DNA of 64,000 nt. Source: Callorhinchus milii. Lineage: Eukaryota. The stretch covers positions 73,346,001-73,410,000 of the forward strand of contig NW_024704744.1 in assembly GCF_018977255.1 (NCBI RefSeq), read 5' to 3'. The stretch's first letter is position 1. Every line of letters starts with the position of its first letter. The translations under genes were made by a program, and so were the position numbers. Shown piece after piece: positions 1 to 11,451 of the stretch. The notes under the pieces were generated by a model that worked only from the letters and a program-made list of their open reading frames with translations, ran no database searches and was not told the DNA's origin.

Positions 1-380
1 AGCACCTTTCACGTCAGGAGGATGTCTTGAATTGCTTCACAGGATTTACTGTAAAGTATTTTCTAGGAAGTACACCGCAGCCATTTTGCACACAGCAATA
101 TCACACAAACAGCCGTGAATTGAATGACCAGCTTTATCTGGGAGATTGTTGGCCAGGACACCAGGGGAAACACACTTCTGTAACTTTTAAATTTTCACCT
201 GAACAGGCAGGTGGGATCTCTGTTCAACATCTCTTCCAAAGGATAGCACATCCTACAATGCAGTGCTCCTGCAGTGCTGCATTGGAGGGTCAGCTGAGAA
301 TATCAGTTCAAACTCCCAACATGGGGTTTGAACCCACAATCCTCTGACTCAAAGGCAGGAATGCTACTGAGAAATGTTAC
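1..380 (-). mobile_element. Deu-domain tRNA SINE (SacSINE1/AmnSINE1-like), decayed, tail cut by window start
   Basis: Reverse-complement of tRNA-like head (GGGTTTGAACCCACAATCCTCTGACTC), Deu body (CACCTGAACAGGCAG, TTGGCCAGGACACC, GCAGCCATTTTGCACACAGCAA) and L2-type tail (CACCTTTCACGTCAGGAGGATGTC); matches many other copies in the window. Confidence 0.85.
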
Positions 381-1649
381 ACTTACAACTTTGATGGTGA
401 AGTTATCGCTTCCCCCTGTAAATAAATCCTTTAAGTATTTCTGGCTTTCCACTTCTCTCCAGACAACAACATTAGAAATGTTGTCTTCACACTAAAGGCC
501 TGGAATGTCACCTACTCTCAGATTGTGAGACTATTTTGCCTTAAAATTTAAAGTTGCATACAATTGTGGGAAATTCTTCAATTCATTCTTAATTTCAAAG
601 CCTTAATTTCTACAACTCTTATATAGATCAATTGTAAATTAAGACCAAGTTTAAGAAATTTCCACAATTCTTCACAAGCTTAAATTTTAAGATAAAAATC
701 ATGCAGGCTAAGACTAGGCAGAATTTGTGCCTCAGGTATATTACCTACATTGCATTGTAATATAGTACTTCCTTTGAGTTGCTGCTAACTTGTATTTTAC
801 ACAAGCATTGCACAATACACCATTAAAATTAAACTTTTGAAAAAGGTGAGGAAGCATCATGCACAAAAATAGCACTCTTAATTTTATTCAGATGCCCTAC
901 GACTGAATACAACATAACTTTAATGATCTTGAGAAAGTTTACCATTCTTCCACAAGATTGTTGTTAAAATAGAAGAGGCTTTAGCCAGTGAGTCAGAATT
1001 ATCTGAACTGCTGGAACATGTTTAAGTCTTCCCTTGTGTTTCTGAACATTATTTTATGATGATAGGTCAACGTTTAGTACCCAGAACATGTAACAGGAGT
1101 TGGATTGTAACTGATTTAGTAGTATTCTCCTGAGAGCACTAGAACAAGTTGTGAAGGGACTATTGAAGCTGTTACCTTCACCAATTAGATTTTAATTCAT
1201 CTTCGTCTCCTTCTGGTTTAGGCTGGAAGGCTTACAAAAGACCCATTAAATTGCAACATTACTGCCCTCAGAGTTTTGTCAGGTGTTGACCAGTAGAGCT
1301 CAGTATGGAACGGGTCAGCCTGCTAGCAGAAAATGGTCTTGAAAAATGCTGGAAGTGTCTCCACGGGTCAACAGAATTTATGGTGGACATCTGCTGTCAG
1401 CCTTCAGGGGCCACGGAAAGCACAAGTACATATGGAAGCCTTTGCTTAACAGCAGAAAGATAGATACTTCTACGGCATAGGGCTTGATCTGGTTGCATGG
1501 GTCTCATTACCACAGATTCTCATCACGAAGGGTGTGTGGCATGACCGTTGCATCCGGAGAGATTTATCAGGCTAAATTTATGTTATCGGCCTTCAGGACT
1601 CCTGGGTAGATGTGTTCACTGCAAGCATTATTTTGCTGCTTCACATTCT

Positions 1650-1812
1650 TATTGGCTCAGTTTATTGCAGCAGCACGTCTGGTGAGATCATTTATTGCCG
1701 AGCACGGTGGTATGACAAGCTCATTTATTACAGAGGACTTTAACACACCGAGTGAGATCATTTATTTCCCTTCAGATGCCCAAACTGTAGGCGGTGACAT
1801 CATCTATTTTCT
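1650..1812. promoter_or_regulatory. Homotypic array of TCAKTTATT (homeodomain-type) motifs, candidate enhancer
   Basis: TCAGTTTATT at 1657, TCATTTATT at 1688, 1721 and 1758, TCATCTATT at 1800; lies in a repeat-free, CpG-richer block. Function is inferred. Confidence 0.4.
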
Positions 1813-2150
1813 TACAGACTAATATGCGAATATGACTGGCTTGGGATTGCTTTTAATGTGTCTGACCGAGTTGATTCTTTAAGAATTGCCTTTGGCATAA
1901 GTCTCCGGTTTGTCTATTTAGAGACGATCATTTTAGAGCGACTCGCTCAAAGCCTTTGTGGAGCAGGTTTCCAGCACATGTTGGTCAAACGTACGCCAAA
2001 TGGTGGTTGGAGCCGGAAATAAAGAGAACAGTCTGTCAAGGATTGATGCTGTGTGCGGGAGATTCTGCACTCATTAGAGCTTTGAGAGGGTGCAGTTTAA
2101 CCAGCCAAAGCTGCTGCAAGGAGCTGCCTGCCTGTGTGTCTCCCTGCCTG

Positions 2151-2164
2151 TGAACTTGTGACCC
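2151..2164 (-). promoter_or_regulatory. Perfect DR2 nuclear-receptor element (RARE-type)
   Basis: TGAACT-TG-TGACCC, i.e. GGGTCA-CA-AGTTCA on the minus strand; matches RGKTCA-n2-RGKTCA. Confidence 0.45.
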
Positions 2165-3557
2165 CGTTCGCATGGAGGGCCATTCAGATCAAGAAAAAGA
2201 GAAAGCAGTGATTTGCAGGTGAGGTGTGTGGTATTTCCATGCAAATATTTGAAAATTTGTGCCGACATCCACAAACTGGCTTTTAATAGCAATTTTTCTG
2301 CACGGTCCATCGAATGTATTCGCGGATTTGTAAACAGAAAATGCATGGCTGAAATACAACAGTGTATTGATTTTTACCCAGCCTTATGCCAAGTTTATGC
2401 TGGGCATGCAGAGGTCAGTCAGCTAGATTTTGGCAATAATGTTTCCTCCGAACAGGTCTGTAAAAAATAGGATTCAGCTAAGTGCAATTAGGCCACACTC
2501 CTGACAGTCCATAGATATGATGGCTCCAGAAGTGATGCTATTCTCACCTGCTGCTGTATAACCACATGGGTATAATTACACGGGGCCCACTTCCCAGTAG
2601 TCCATTGAAAGTTCTCAGGTAAAGCTCTCATGGAACTGCTAAAAGAAACCTTCAACTGACTGCTTTTTGCATGTTAAGAATTTGTTGCTCAACCGGCATT
2701 TTGCTAAGGTTAAAATACAAACATCCAGTTTTGCTGATGTGCTAAATTTAGCTCACGCAGAATGTCAAAATTGGGCGTTTTATTCACAGCCCTTATTTGA
2801 AGAGAAGAGTTATACAATCCTGCTTCCCAGTTGCATGTCACTCACCAACTTGCACATATATAGTGCCTTTCATATAGGATCTTAATTCAAAGTAATGCAG
2901 CCACTCTCCAAGCAGTGTAAACACAACTTTTTTTCAGCCTGGGGAGTCTACTGAAAAAGGTGCATTGCATTGAGATCTAAAACATGGCAATTTTAAATGC
3001 CATTTCTTAACAAGACACCAAGTCGCAAATGCGGATTCCATCTGGTAACTGCAAGAACCTTGTGCAGACCCATGGGTACTCTTTTCCAATCAATCAACCT
3101 ACGAAGCAAACTTCCCATGGCTCAGTGAATACCCATTTGTGATTCAAGAGTCCTTATTAAGAAGCCCATTCAAAATTGTAGTGTTTTACAGTATCTTCCT
3201 TCCCCCTACCCCCACAAGTCTTTTGTGAAGCTAATAACACTTTTACTGCTATTACTGATTTTTATATTTGGCTCCTGTGTCCTGCCTTTCTCCAGAGACA
3301 ATTAATATCATAAAAGATGTACAAATCAAGGCTCCAGAACTGCATGGAGTTAGATGTGTTAGATCAACTGCTGACTGCAGAGTGAGTAGCTGATTCCTAA
3401 GAGTGAGTAGCTAATTCTAAGACAGACAGGTTATATTGCTTAATTGAGCAGATCAACAGATGGGCATTTGCTTTGGTAAGTATATCATATATTTTGTTGT
3501 ATGTGTTTTTTGGGGGATTAGGGACCTAGATACCAGGGGAGGGACAAATTTTGGTTT

Positions 3558-4130
3558 GAACAACAACAAATTACATTTGTATAGCGCCATTCACATCAGG
3601 GTGATATCCCAAGGCGCATCAGGGTACCGCACCCAAGCTGGTGGAGGGTTGAAGGGTGGGGAGGGGAGGGGTAGGAGGGTGACCAAAGGCACGGTTGAAG
3701 AGTATGGTCTTGAGATGGGTTTTGAAGGAGGCAAGGGAGGGGGAGAGGCAGAGGGACTGTGGGAAGGAGTTCCAGAGGGTGGGGGTAGAGAGGCTGAAAG
3801 CCCACCTGCCATTGGTGGGGCGTGCAAGACAGGGGACGTGAAGCAGGCCAGAGCCCGATGAGCGGAGGGAGTGGACAAGTTGTAGGAGGTTAGGAGGTCA
3901 TAGAGGTAGGGAGGAGCAAAGTCATGAAGGCCTTTGAAGGTGAGGACCCAGGATCTTGAACTGTATCCTCTGAAGATGGGGATCCAGTTGAGCCAGGCGA
4001 GGATGGGGGAGAAAGGGTCGCGGAGCCTGTGAGTGACAGGACACAGGAGCCTGGTGGGGGAGAGTTCTGGATGATCTGCAGCCTGTGGAGGGAGGAGTTG
4101 GGGAGGCTGACCAGCAGGGAGTTTGCGAGT
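3558..4130 (-). mobile_element. LINE-2 3' fragment (5'-truncated, frameshifted ORF2 C-terminus plus tail)
   Basis: Minus-strand translation ANSLLVSLPNSSLHRLQIIQNS is typical of L2 ORF2; (CAA)n tail at 3558-3570. Confidence 0.9.
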
Positions 4131-4154
4131 GAAGAAGGAAGTTGCTGGTACACG

Positions 4155-4258
4155 GAAGAAAAAGGTTTAAAGCAGTTTGGGAATAAGGTGGGGCAATGGG
4201 ATTGAATGATCTCTTTCGGTGATATACATTTCTACGATTCTATAAGTCTATGATTCTA
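4155..4258 (+). mobile_element. CR1 LINE 3' end
   Basis: Ends in ATTCTATG-like octamer repeats (TTCTACGATTCTATAAGTCTATGATTCTA), the hallmark of a CR1 tail. Confidence 0.6.
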
Positions 4259-4414
4259 AAATTTGGCCTGCTTGATCTGAACAAACCAAAGGCCTCATGA
4301 ATCCTATATTAGAGAGAATGCAACAGGAACACGGCTGCCCCTGCGCTCACCCATCACACCACTGCTCCACCCACCAGCCAGTGTCAGAGTCTGGAAAACT
4401 GGCACAACATCTTA

Positions 4415-4705
4415 TTAATAATAATCCTTGCATTTGATAAAGCATATTTCATATCAAGAGAGCATCTCAAAGCACTTTGCAAGATTTACTGGTACGTACA
4501 GTGATTGTATTTATATTAGTGAACTCAGCCGCCAATTTACGCACAGCAATGTCCCTCAACCAGACATGACATGAATGATCAATTTTATCTAAGAGATTGT
4601 TGGCCAAGATATCAGGAAAAACTTCCTTCTTGTTTTACTACGGGATCTTTAACATCCACCTGAACAGTCAGATTTACGTCTCACCTGAAGATCAGCACCT
4701 CCGGT
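4415..4705 (-). mobile_element. Deu-domain SINE fragment
   Basis: (TAA)n tail, ATCCTTGCATTTGATA, GCCAATTTACGCACAGCAATGTCCC, GGGATCTTTAACATCCACCTGAACAG. Confidence 0.85.
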
Positions 4706-6327
4706 ATTCAATATTCCTGAAATTTGGAATTTTCAATCGTCGATACGAAGTGAACAATATTACTTTGTGAAACACAACAATTCCAGCTGCACAGAACTAA
4801 GTGGGACAAAAGTAATAACAAAGACTAATGAATATAATTCAGCTCAGAATCATTTGTTCATTCGTTTTGCACTATCATTTTGAAATGGATGGTTTTCTTC
4901 CTGACTGCAGAAATAGTTAACCTTTAAAGCATTGAAAAGCAAGTCCCACGATGCAGGTTGGAGAGGGTTTAAATGTCAACACTTCATCACAGAGATTGCT
5001 CCACTGTTTACTGTGTCTTAAGCAAACACTGTCATGTAATACTAATCGATGACGAGGGAATAACAGAGCGTCAGGGGACAGGCAGCCTTGCTGATACACC
5101 AAGAAAACTCCCACAGAACGCGTCTTACCACTCAGCACTTCTCAGTAATGAAATGCTCCAGTTTTATTTCGGGGTTTCTAACGACTTGTGAAGGGAAGTT
5201 TCAAACATCACAACATGCACACTCTTACATTTGGCAAAAGATCTTCGGAATGTATGTAATTCCAGTTCTTCCACAATTTTCAGCCGACAGCCTTCAGTTT
5301 TGAGCAAACTGACTATTCCCACTGCAGCAATTCAGATGCACAGCAAGTCAGAACAAATTGAAACCCCAAAGAACATCTCACAAATTGACTCTGACCTTTT
5401 AATTTGAATAGTCAAAGATTTCTCCTTTCATGGCCCCTCAATTGCTAGGTGGCACCACATTAAAAGTACTCGGCAATAGTTTTGACCACATGAGCTCGAT
5501 TTGCTATCGACCCAGGTTATTCCTACAGATGCCAAATCTGTGTATCCTTTACATCAACTGAACCAAACTTCAGACTGAAATACTACAATATGTTACATGT
5601 CAAACATTTGCACATGGTGTAGCCTCCATTTCTCCTTTCATGTTTTTTTTGTAATATCCATCTACACACATTCTTTAAAAGAATCGCAATTTGACCGTTT
5701 CATGAAGACCATTTTTAAAACGCAAAAATAATGCAGGAAATGGTTTTATGGTATGATCTTCATTGCTTAATTCTGTGCCATAATCAAGTGACAGCCTGGG
5801 TCAATTGGTAGCACTCTCACCTTGCTGGGGCTTTGAACTCACTTCCTTTAGATGGGACGTTAAACTGAGGTCCTGCCTGCCTGTTCAGACGGATGTTAAA
5901 GATCCCAAGATGGTGCAGTGATAATCTAGAAATGGAACAAGGACCGAGGTTCTAAAAGTAAGTAATTATATAAGTATGTCAAGGGTGGGGTGGGGGGGAG
6001 AGCAAAATGTTTTATACAGCACATCAAATGATAATGTTGCTTTACAATCGTTTGATAATTATCACATTGAGCCACTTTGAAATGGTACAAATTTCATTCC
6101 TATAATTCAAACTGTTAAATGTATTTACACTTATTGTTGAAGATGATACGGTTTTAATTATTGGACTATTATTTACTTTCACTCTAGGACCAGCCATTTT
6201 TTGTGCGGTTGTTTATATTCAATTCACTTTACAGTATATCCTGTGAAGTGCTTTGAGATCTCTTGAAAATGTGATAAGGCACTATATCAAATGCAAAGAG
6301 TATTACTATTATATTATTATTTCTGCA

Positions 6328-6910
6328 TCTCAGCCTGTCTTAGTAAGTAGCACTTTTACTTCTAGGAACAGAAAGTTGTGAGTTCAAGCCCCACATTGGG
6401 AAGCGCTTCGCTAACCCGTGCGAATATAAATGCAAGTTGTTGTTATATTGGAACTTTGCTCCCATGGTCTAGGCTGACACCTCAATAAGTGCTTGGGGAA
6501 TCCTGCATTATTAAATTGCTGTCCTTGGGATGAGATGTTAAACCAAGCTTCCATCTGTCCGTTCAGGTGGATATTAAAGATCCTATCGTACTATTGGAAA
6601 AGAGAAGGAAGATTTCCTGGTATCCTGGCAAACAAACCTCCAGATAAATTAGTTATTCATTTCATGGTTGATTGTGGGACATTGCTGTGCACAAATTGGC
6701 TGCAGCTTTTGCTTACATGAACCTACAATACAAATGCAATTCAAAATTATATTTGTAAAGCGCCTTTCATGTCGGGAGGATGTCCCAAGCTGCTGGACAG
6801 TCAGGGATTAGGACCCGAGTGGGGGAAGGGTGTTGGTATATCCTGTAAAGCCTTTTAAGATATTTTGACAACATGATAAGACAGTTTATCAAATGCAAGG
6901 ATTTTTTTTA
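6328..6910 (+). mobile_element. Deu-domain SINE, near full length, with nested L2-tail fragments (~6400-6445, ~6745-6835)
   Basis: Head GTGAGTTCAAGCCCCAC; body CTAGGCTGACAC...TTCAGGTGGATATTAAAGATCC...GGGACATTGCTGTGCACAAATTGGCTGC; tail TATCAAATGCAAGGAT. Confidence 0.8.
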
Positions 6911-7957
6911 CTGTCATTATGTTCAGGAGAACATTGGGCCCCTAACCTTTCAGTTGAAAACACTGCAAGCATCATCCAAGCCCAAGCATGTACATAACCA
7001 CAGCCCTGATTCATTTTGCATTTCAGGTTACATTTTTGCTTCCCGAAAACTTCTAGCTTTTCAATATCAATGAAAGCACAAACTTTGCAGGATATTTTAC
7101 ATGGTGTATTATTACCTTAACTCTTATCTGCCAACATATGAATCTTATCTTTATTTCATTAGCCTTTTTTTTAGAGGCTGACTTTAATATCATCGCTGAC
7201 CACATGAACAGAATCATGGTACAATCATTTTAAAACCATTTTTGGCTGAACATGTTATAAGCTTGAAACCCATATCTCAGGCTCACCACAAATTATGTTT
7301 TCCTCCTCCATGTGGTTTAAGACAGTAAATTAAGTGCTTCCTGTGCTGTTTGAAATGAAAGGAAAATAAAACCTCTGTTCAATAGGCTTTATAGTTCTGT
7401 GTGCTCACATTGAGAAATACTGATGTACAGTTTTAACAGCAGTGTTTGTGTTATATAGGATCTTAAGGATTGTAGAGGGTAGGATGAGCATTGCAATTGA
7501 TCTGGCCTGTCACAAAGAAACAACAAAACAAATCCTGCACCTCTCTGACTTTCATACATAGAATTAAGTTGTTACAGCAAAGAAATGGGTCATTCAGCCC
7601 AACTAATCTATGCTGGAGTTTTTACTCCATCCCTCCTAATCCTCTCTCCCATATCCCTCTATTCCTTTCTCCCTCATGGATAGTCAAAGCACATTGTGAT
7701 ATCTTGACAACAGAATAAGGTGTTATATCAAATGCATGTTTTCATTTTTAAAATTATAATTGTTTTTATTTAATTGATAGGCTCCGCAAGCCTATCAGTT
7801 AAATAAAAACCTGGCCCGTTATTTGCATTGCGTAAAACATACTTTTAAAATATGTTAATATCTTAAAATAATTCCTCCCAGCAGGACTGTGGATCTGCAG
7901 ATTTTTCAGCAAGAATGTGGTGAAATGAAGTCTCGTTTTGGAAACAACCACACTTAC

Positions 7958-8200
7958 AAAACAACAACTTGCGTTCATATAGAGCTCTTCTTGGATTGCT
8001 GCATAGTGGTGGGGTTGGCCACCAAGCAATGGAGGAGGGGGAGGTGTCAATAGGCGCAGTCGAAGAAATAGGTTTTCTTGTGGGATTTAACGGTAGATTA
8101 AGAATGGGGAAAAATGATTGAAGCAGGGAGTTCCAGAGATTAGGGGCATAGTGGCTGAAGGCCTGGCCATCGACGCTAGCATGGAAGTGTTGGGGGATAT
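7958..8200 (-). mobile_element. LINE-2 3' fragment, old
   Basis: Minus-strand translation GQAFSHYAPNLWNSL (L2 ORF2 C-terminal RAFS..AP.LWNSLP motif); CAA tail. Confidence 0.8.
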
Positions 8201-8449
8201 GCAGCAGCCATGGGTTAGCAAAATGCAAGTGCCAAGAAGGAAAAAAAAAGTCATTAAAGATTGGTGACCAGAAGCACTGATCTGAGAAACAAATATTGCA
8301 AAGTGTTTGACTGAAAACAAGCCAAGATGTAGATTCTTCTGTAAAAGGGATCTCTAACAGCAACCAGAACCCACACACTTACTCAATTCACTTCGATTGT
8401 GAGACTCACAGCCAAAAACACTTAATGAATATGTTTTAAACAGGTGATT

Positions 8450-8615
8450 AAATATATTTATTGCTAAGATCTTTTACACAGTTCTAAGCACCATGTGCAA
8501 AATGTTGGCAGTATTTGTTCGAATAAAAAAAANTCTTTCAAAATATATTTATTGCTAAGCTGTTTATACATGGTCTCAAGCTCCATGGGCAAAATGTTAG
8601 CAGTATTTGTTCAAA
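8450..8615. repeat. Two-copy tandem duplication, period ~91 bp
   Basis: AAATATATTTATTGCTAAG...CAAAATGTT(G/A)GCAGTATTTGTTC starts at 8450 and again at 8541. Confidence 0.85.
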
Positions 8616-9271
8616 AACAAGTGAAAAAATAAAAATATTTCAAAATGGAAAAAAAAATTAAATTCTTGCATTTAATGAAACAGCATGGAGGTCCTAATTT
8701 AGTAGTGTTTTGGGGCCAGGCCTGAACCCAGGGGAGGCTAAAAAAATAGAAATACTGGAATAACATTTGTAATTGTTTTAGAGCATTCCTTTTCTTACTT
8801 AAGGAACGTTTGACAACTACTGGTTTGTTCCTCTTCTGATTCTAGTGCCACCATTTTTTTTGAACCTGAGAAGAGGTTTTTATAAAACTTGTAAATTTTA
8901 GCTCATACATTGAGCCGCAAGGGAATTTTTTTGTTTAATAGTCCTTTCTATCATTGATCTGCCAAAAGGGGCTATAATCCATTCTCTCCTCAATGAACAA
9001 ATAAACTTTTAGCAATGTTCTCAGACCCAACCCAGCAGCCTAGCTGCAGGTTAATTTTGTGGCTGAAGGGAGCCAGGATTTTGGCCTCCTCAGCTTGTCA
9101 CTTTGATAAACAATCATTTATGCTTGCATGCACCTTACACTCAAATATGCTGCTTACCATGTCATCTGCAAAAAGTTCCTTGAGGGTTCGATCTACTCTT
9201 GTGACTGATGACTGACTAATGCCTACCATCATGGCGTGGGGGAAGGAGGGGTGGATGGAGAGAGGGGAATT

Positions 9272-9700
9272 AACAACAACAACAACAACAACCTGGATTC
9301 ATATAGCCGGACAGTGTCTCAGAGCGCTTCACAGTACAGGATCCCAGGGCCGAGCCAGGGGAATGGGGAGGAAGGTGACCAAAGGCGCGGTCGGAAAGAA
9401 AGGTCTTCAGGCGAGACCTGAAAATAGGAAGAGAGGGGGCGAGGCAAAGGGAGTGAGGAAGGGAGTTCCAGAGCCTCGGGGCATAATGGCTGAAGGCACG
9501 GCCGCCGAGGGTGGAGCGGAGGACTCGGGGGACAAGGAGGAGGCCAGACCTGGTGGAACGAAGGCAACAGGCACTGTTGTGAGGAGAGAGGAGGTCAGAG
9601 AGATAGGGGGGTGCAGAGGAGTGGAGGGATTTGAAGACAAGGGTGAGGATCTTGAAGCAATCCTCTCTGGGACAGGCAGCCAGTGCAGTCTGGCAATTAA
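9272..9700 (-). mobile_element. LINE-2 3' fragment
   Basis: ARLHWLPVPERI / FKILTLVFKSLH..APPYLSDLL..GGRAFSHYAPRLWNSLP..LKTFL in minus ORFs; (AAC)n tail. Confidence 0.95.
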
Positions 9701-9709
9701 GTGGACTCT

Positions 9710-10285
9710 TTGGGGTTGAGTTGACTCTAAGCTCACATGCATAGCAATGGAATATCAGAATCCAGTCGATCCTCTTCGGAGCTCTCACTTGTCTAGCTCC
9801 TAACTCTGACAAGTTTGCAGTTCTCTCAGGCATTGTTGATAATGGGATACGTCCATAAGATTTGGAGGCAGGGGTTCTCCCTGCTCAGGTCCTTTTAACC
9901 TTACAAACCAAAGCTCTAATGGGCAGGATGGCGCTAGCTAGACAAACAGGGGGTAGCTTGCAAGCATACGCAATGGCAAGTTGTATGGTTTTAACTAGTT
10001 AAACTTCAATGCATACTCTGAGATTCCCATGCTTTGGTTCTTGCCTAACCTACGCCTGAATTCTGCAGAATTATAAGCAGGGACTTGTCCTTCTATGGAG
10101 AGATAACAACAACAACAACTTACATTTGTATATCGCTTTCACTTCAGGAGGTGGTCCCAAGGCATACTCCATTCCAGACAAAGAGGAACCATACATATGT
10201 ATGGAACTCTAAGTAGTTTGGTTTGCAGACTCTTCCTTAAGGTGATGGATTTCCGTATGTGTCAGACACCCGGCTGCCCAAAAAC
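9710..10285 (+). mobile_element. Unclassified ~600-bp dispersed repeat, copy 1 (with L2-tail insert ~10085-10163)
   Basis: Colinear similarity to 10435-11000 and 45870-46465 (GAGTTGA..., AATGGCAAG..GGTTTT, TTGGTTCTTGCC, GTGTCAGACACC.GGCTG.CCAAAAA). Confidence 0.65.
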
Positions 10286-10434
10286 AAAACTACTTAATAA
10301 TTTAGGAATTTCTAGATTTAAACCATGTTAGACTCCTGTGTTTTCTTAATCTCAACCACAAAAGACCATTCATGAACCAGAAAAATACACCCAAATATTT
10401 CCTATTCTGTGTAAGAATTAACACATTTAAGCAA

Positions 10435-11000
10435 GGGCTCCTTGGAGTTGAACCAGTTCTCAGATGACATGCTTGGAATGGAATGTCAAGATCAAGTCAA
10501 CCCTCTGTGGCGGTCTTGTAAGTCCAGTTTCTGAGCCAAGCAGGTACGCAGTATTCCAGGGCACTGCTAATGACAGACCAGCCAACTTGGCTCACACGTA
10601 GGACTTGGAGAAGCAGACCAGTTTATGGGGGGGGAACAGGAATTCTTTCCCACTTGGCTCTCAACAACTCTGCAAGCCAAAGTCTTAACAGTTGGGTGGT
10701 CCTAACTTGCCAGCAGAAAATGGCAAGCTACATGGTTTTACCTGATTACATTTTAGCAGTACCTCAACGCACACTCTGAGGTTCCCAAGTCTTGGTTCTT
10801 GCCAAGCTTCTCCTTTTATTCTCTGGAATTTCATAAACAGGATGCATTCCTCCAGAGAGAGCCCGTGCATTCCATTCTAGACACAGGAATTTCCATGTGT
10901 AGGTGGGATGCATGGAACTCTCAGATTAAGTTGGATACTCTTAAGCAAAGTGATGGGTTTCCACATGTGTCAAGACACCTGGCTGACCAAAAAAAAGTTA
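10435..11000 (+). mobile_element. Unclassified ~600-bp dispersed repeat, copy 2
   Basis: GGAGTTGAAC..TGACATGCTTGG..CCTCTGTGGCGGT..CTGAGCCA..TTGGATACTCTTAAGCA..GGCTGACCAAAAAAAA is shared with 45870-46465. Confidence 0.75.
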
Positions 11001-11451
11001 TTTCCACGTTAATTGTTTTTAGCTAAAGAGAGCAAGAACTATCATTTTCATGGCACTTAATAATGGCAAAATTTCATCTAATCTTAGCCTGTGAGACCAT
11101 TTTGTCGTAAAATATAAGATCACAGAATTGTGGAGAATACTTAACTTTAGTTCTAATTTGGAAGCTTTTTTAAAGAGCAGCTTCAAATTAACAGTGGATT
11201 GAAGAATTGTTTCCCAATAAATAAAATATTGGGACAAAATGGGCTAACAGACTAAGACTACAAGAAATTTAGGAGCTAAATTGTCTCAAGGTGCATCAGA
11301 AGTAAATTTAGTCCAAAGGAGTCAAAAGTTTCCATAAAAATAGGGTAATAGGTTGGTCCAAACATCTTTACCCAGAGACCTGAAATTTCACCTGTAAGAC
11401 CATTCAGTCTTAAAATGGGGCAGAGGTGTGAACAACTTTTGAATCCATTCT

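Noticed and set aside
1650-1812. CRISPR-like repeat-spacer array
   Set aside because: Shared motif is only 9-15 bp and imperfect, context is vertebrate, and there are no cas genes; treated as a motif cluster.
3380-3422. Short tandem duplications (21 bp here; 19 bp at ~32912-32946; ~29 bp at 22790-22878)
   Set aside because: Ordinary slippage-type events with no further structure.
5442-5455. CTCF site TTGCTAGGTGGCAC
   Set aside because: The 5' CCA of the core is missing; too weak to call.
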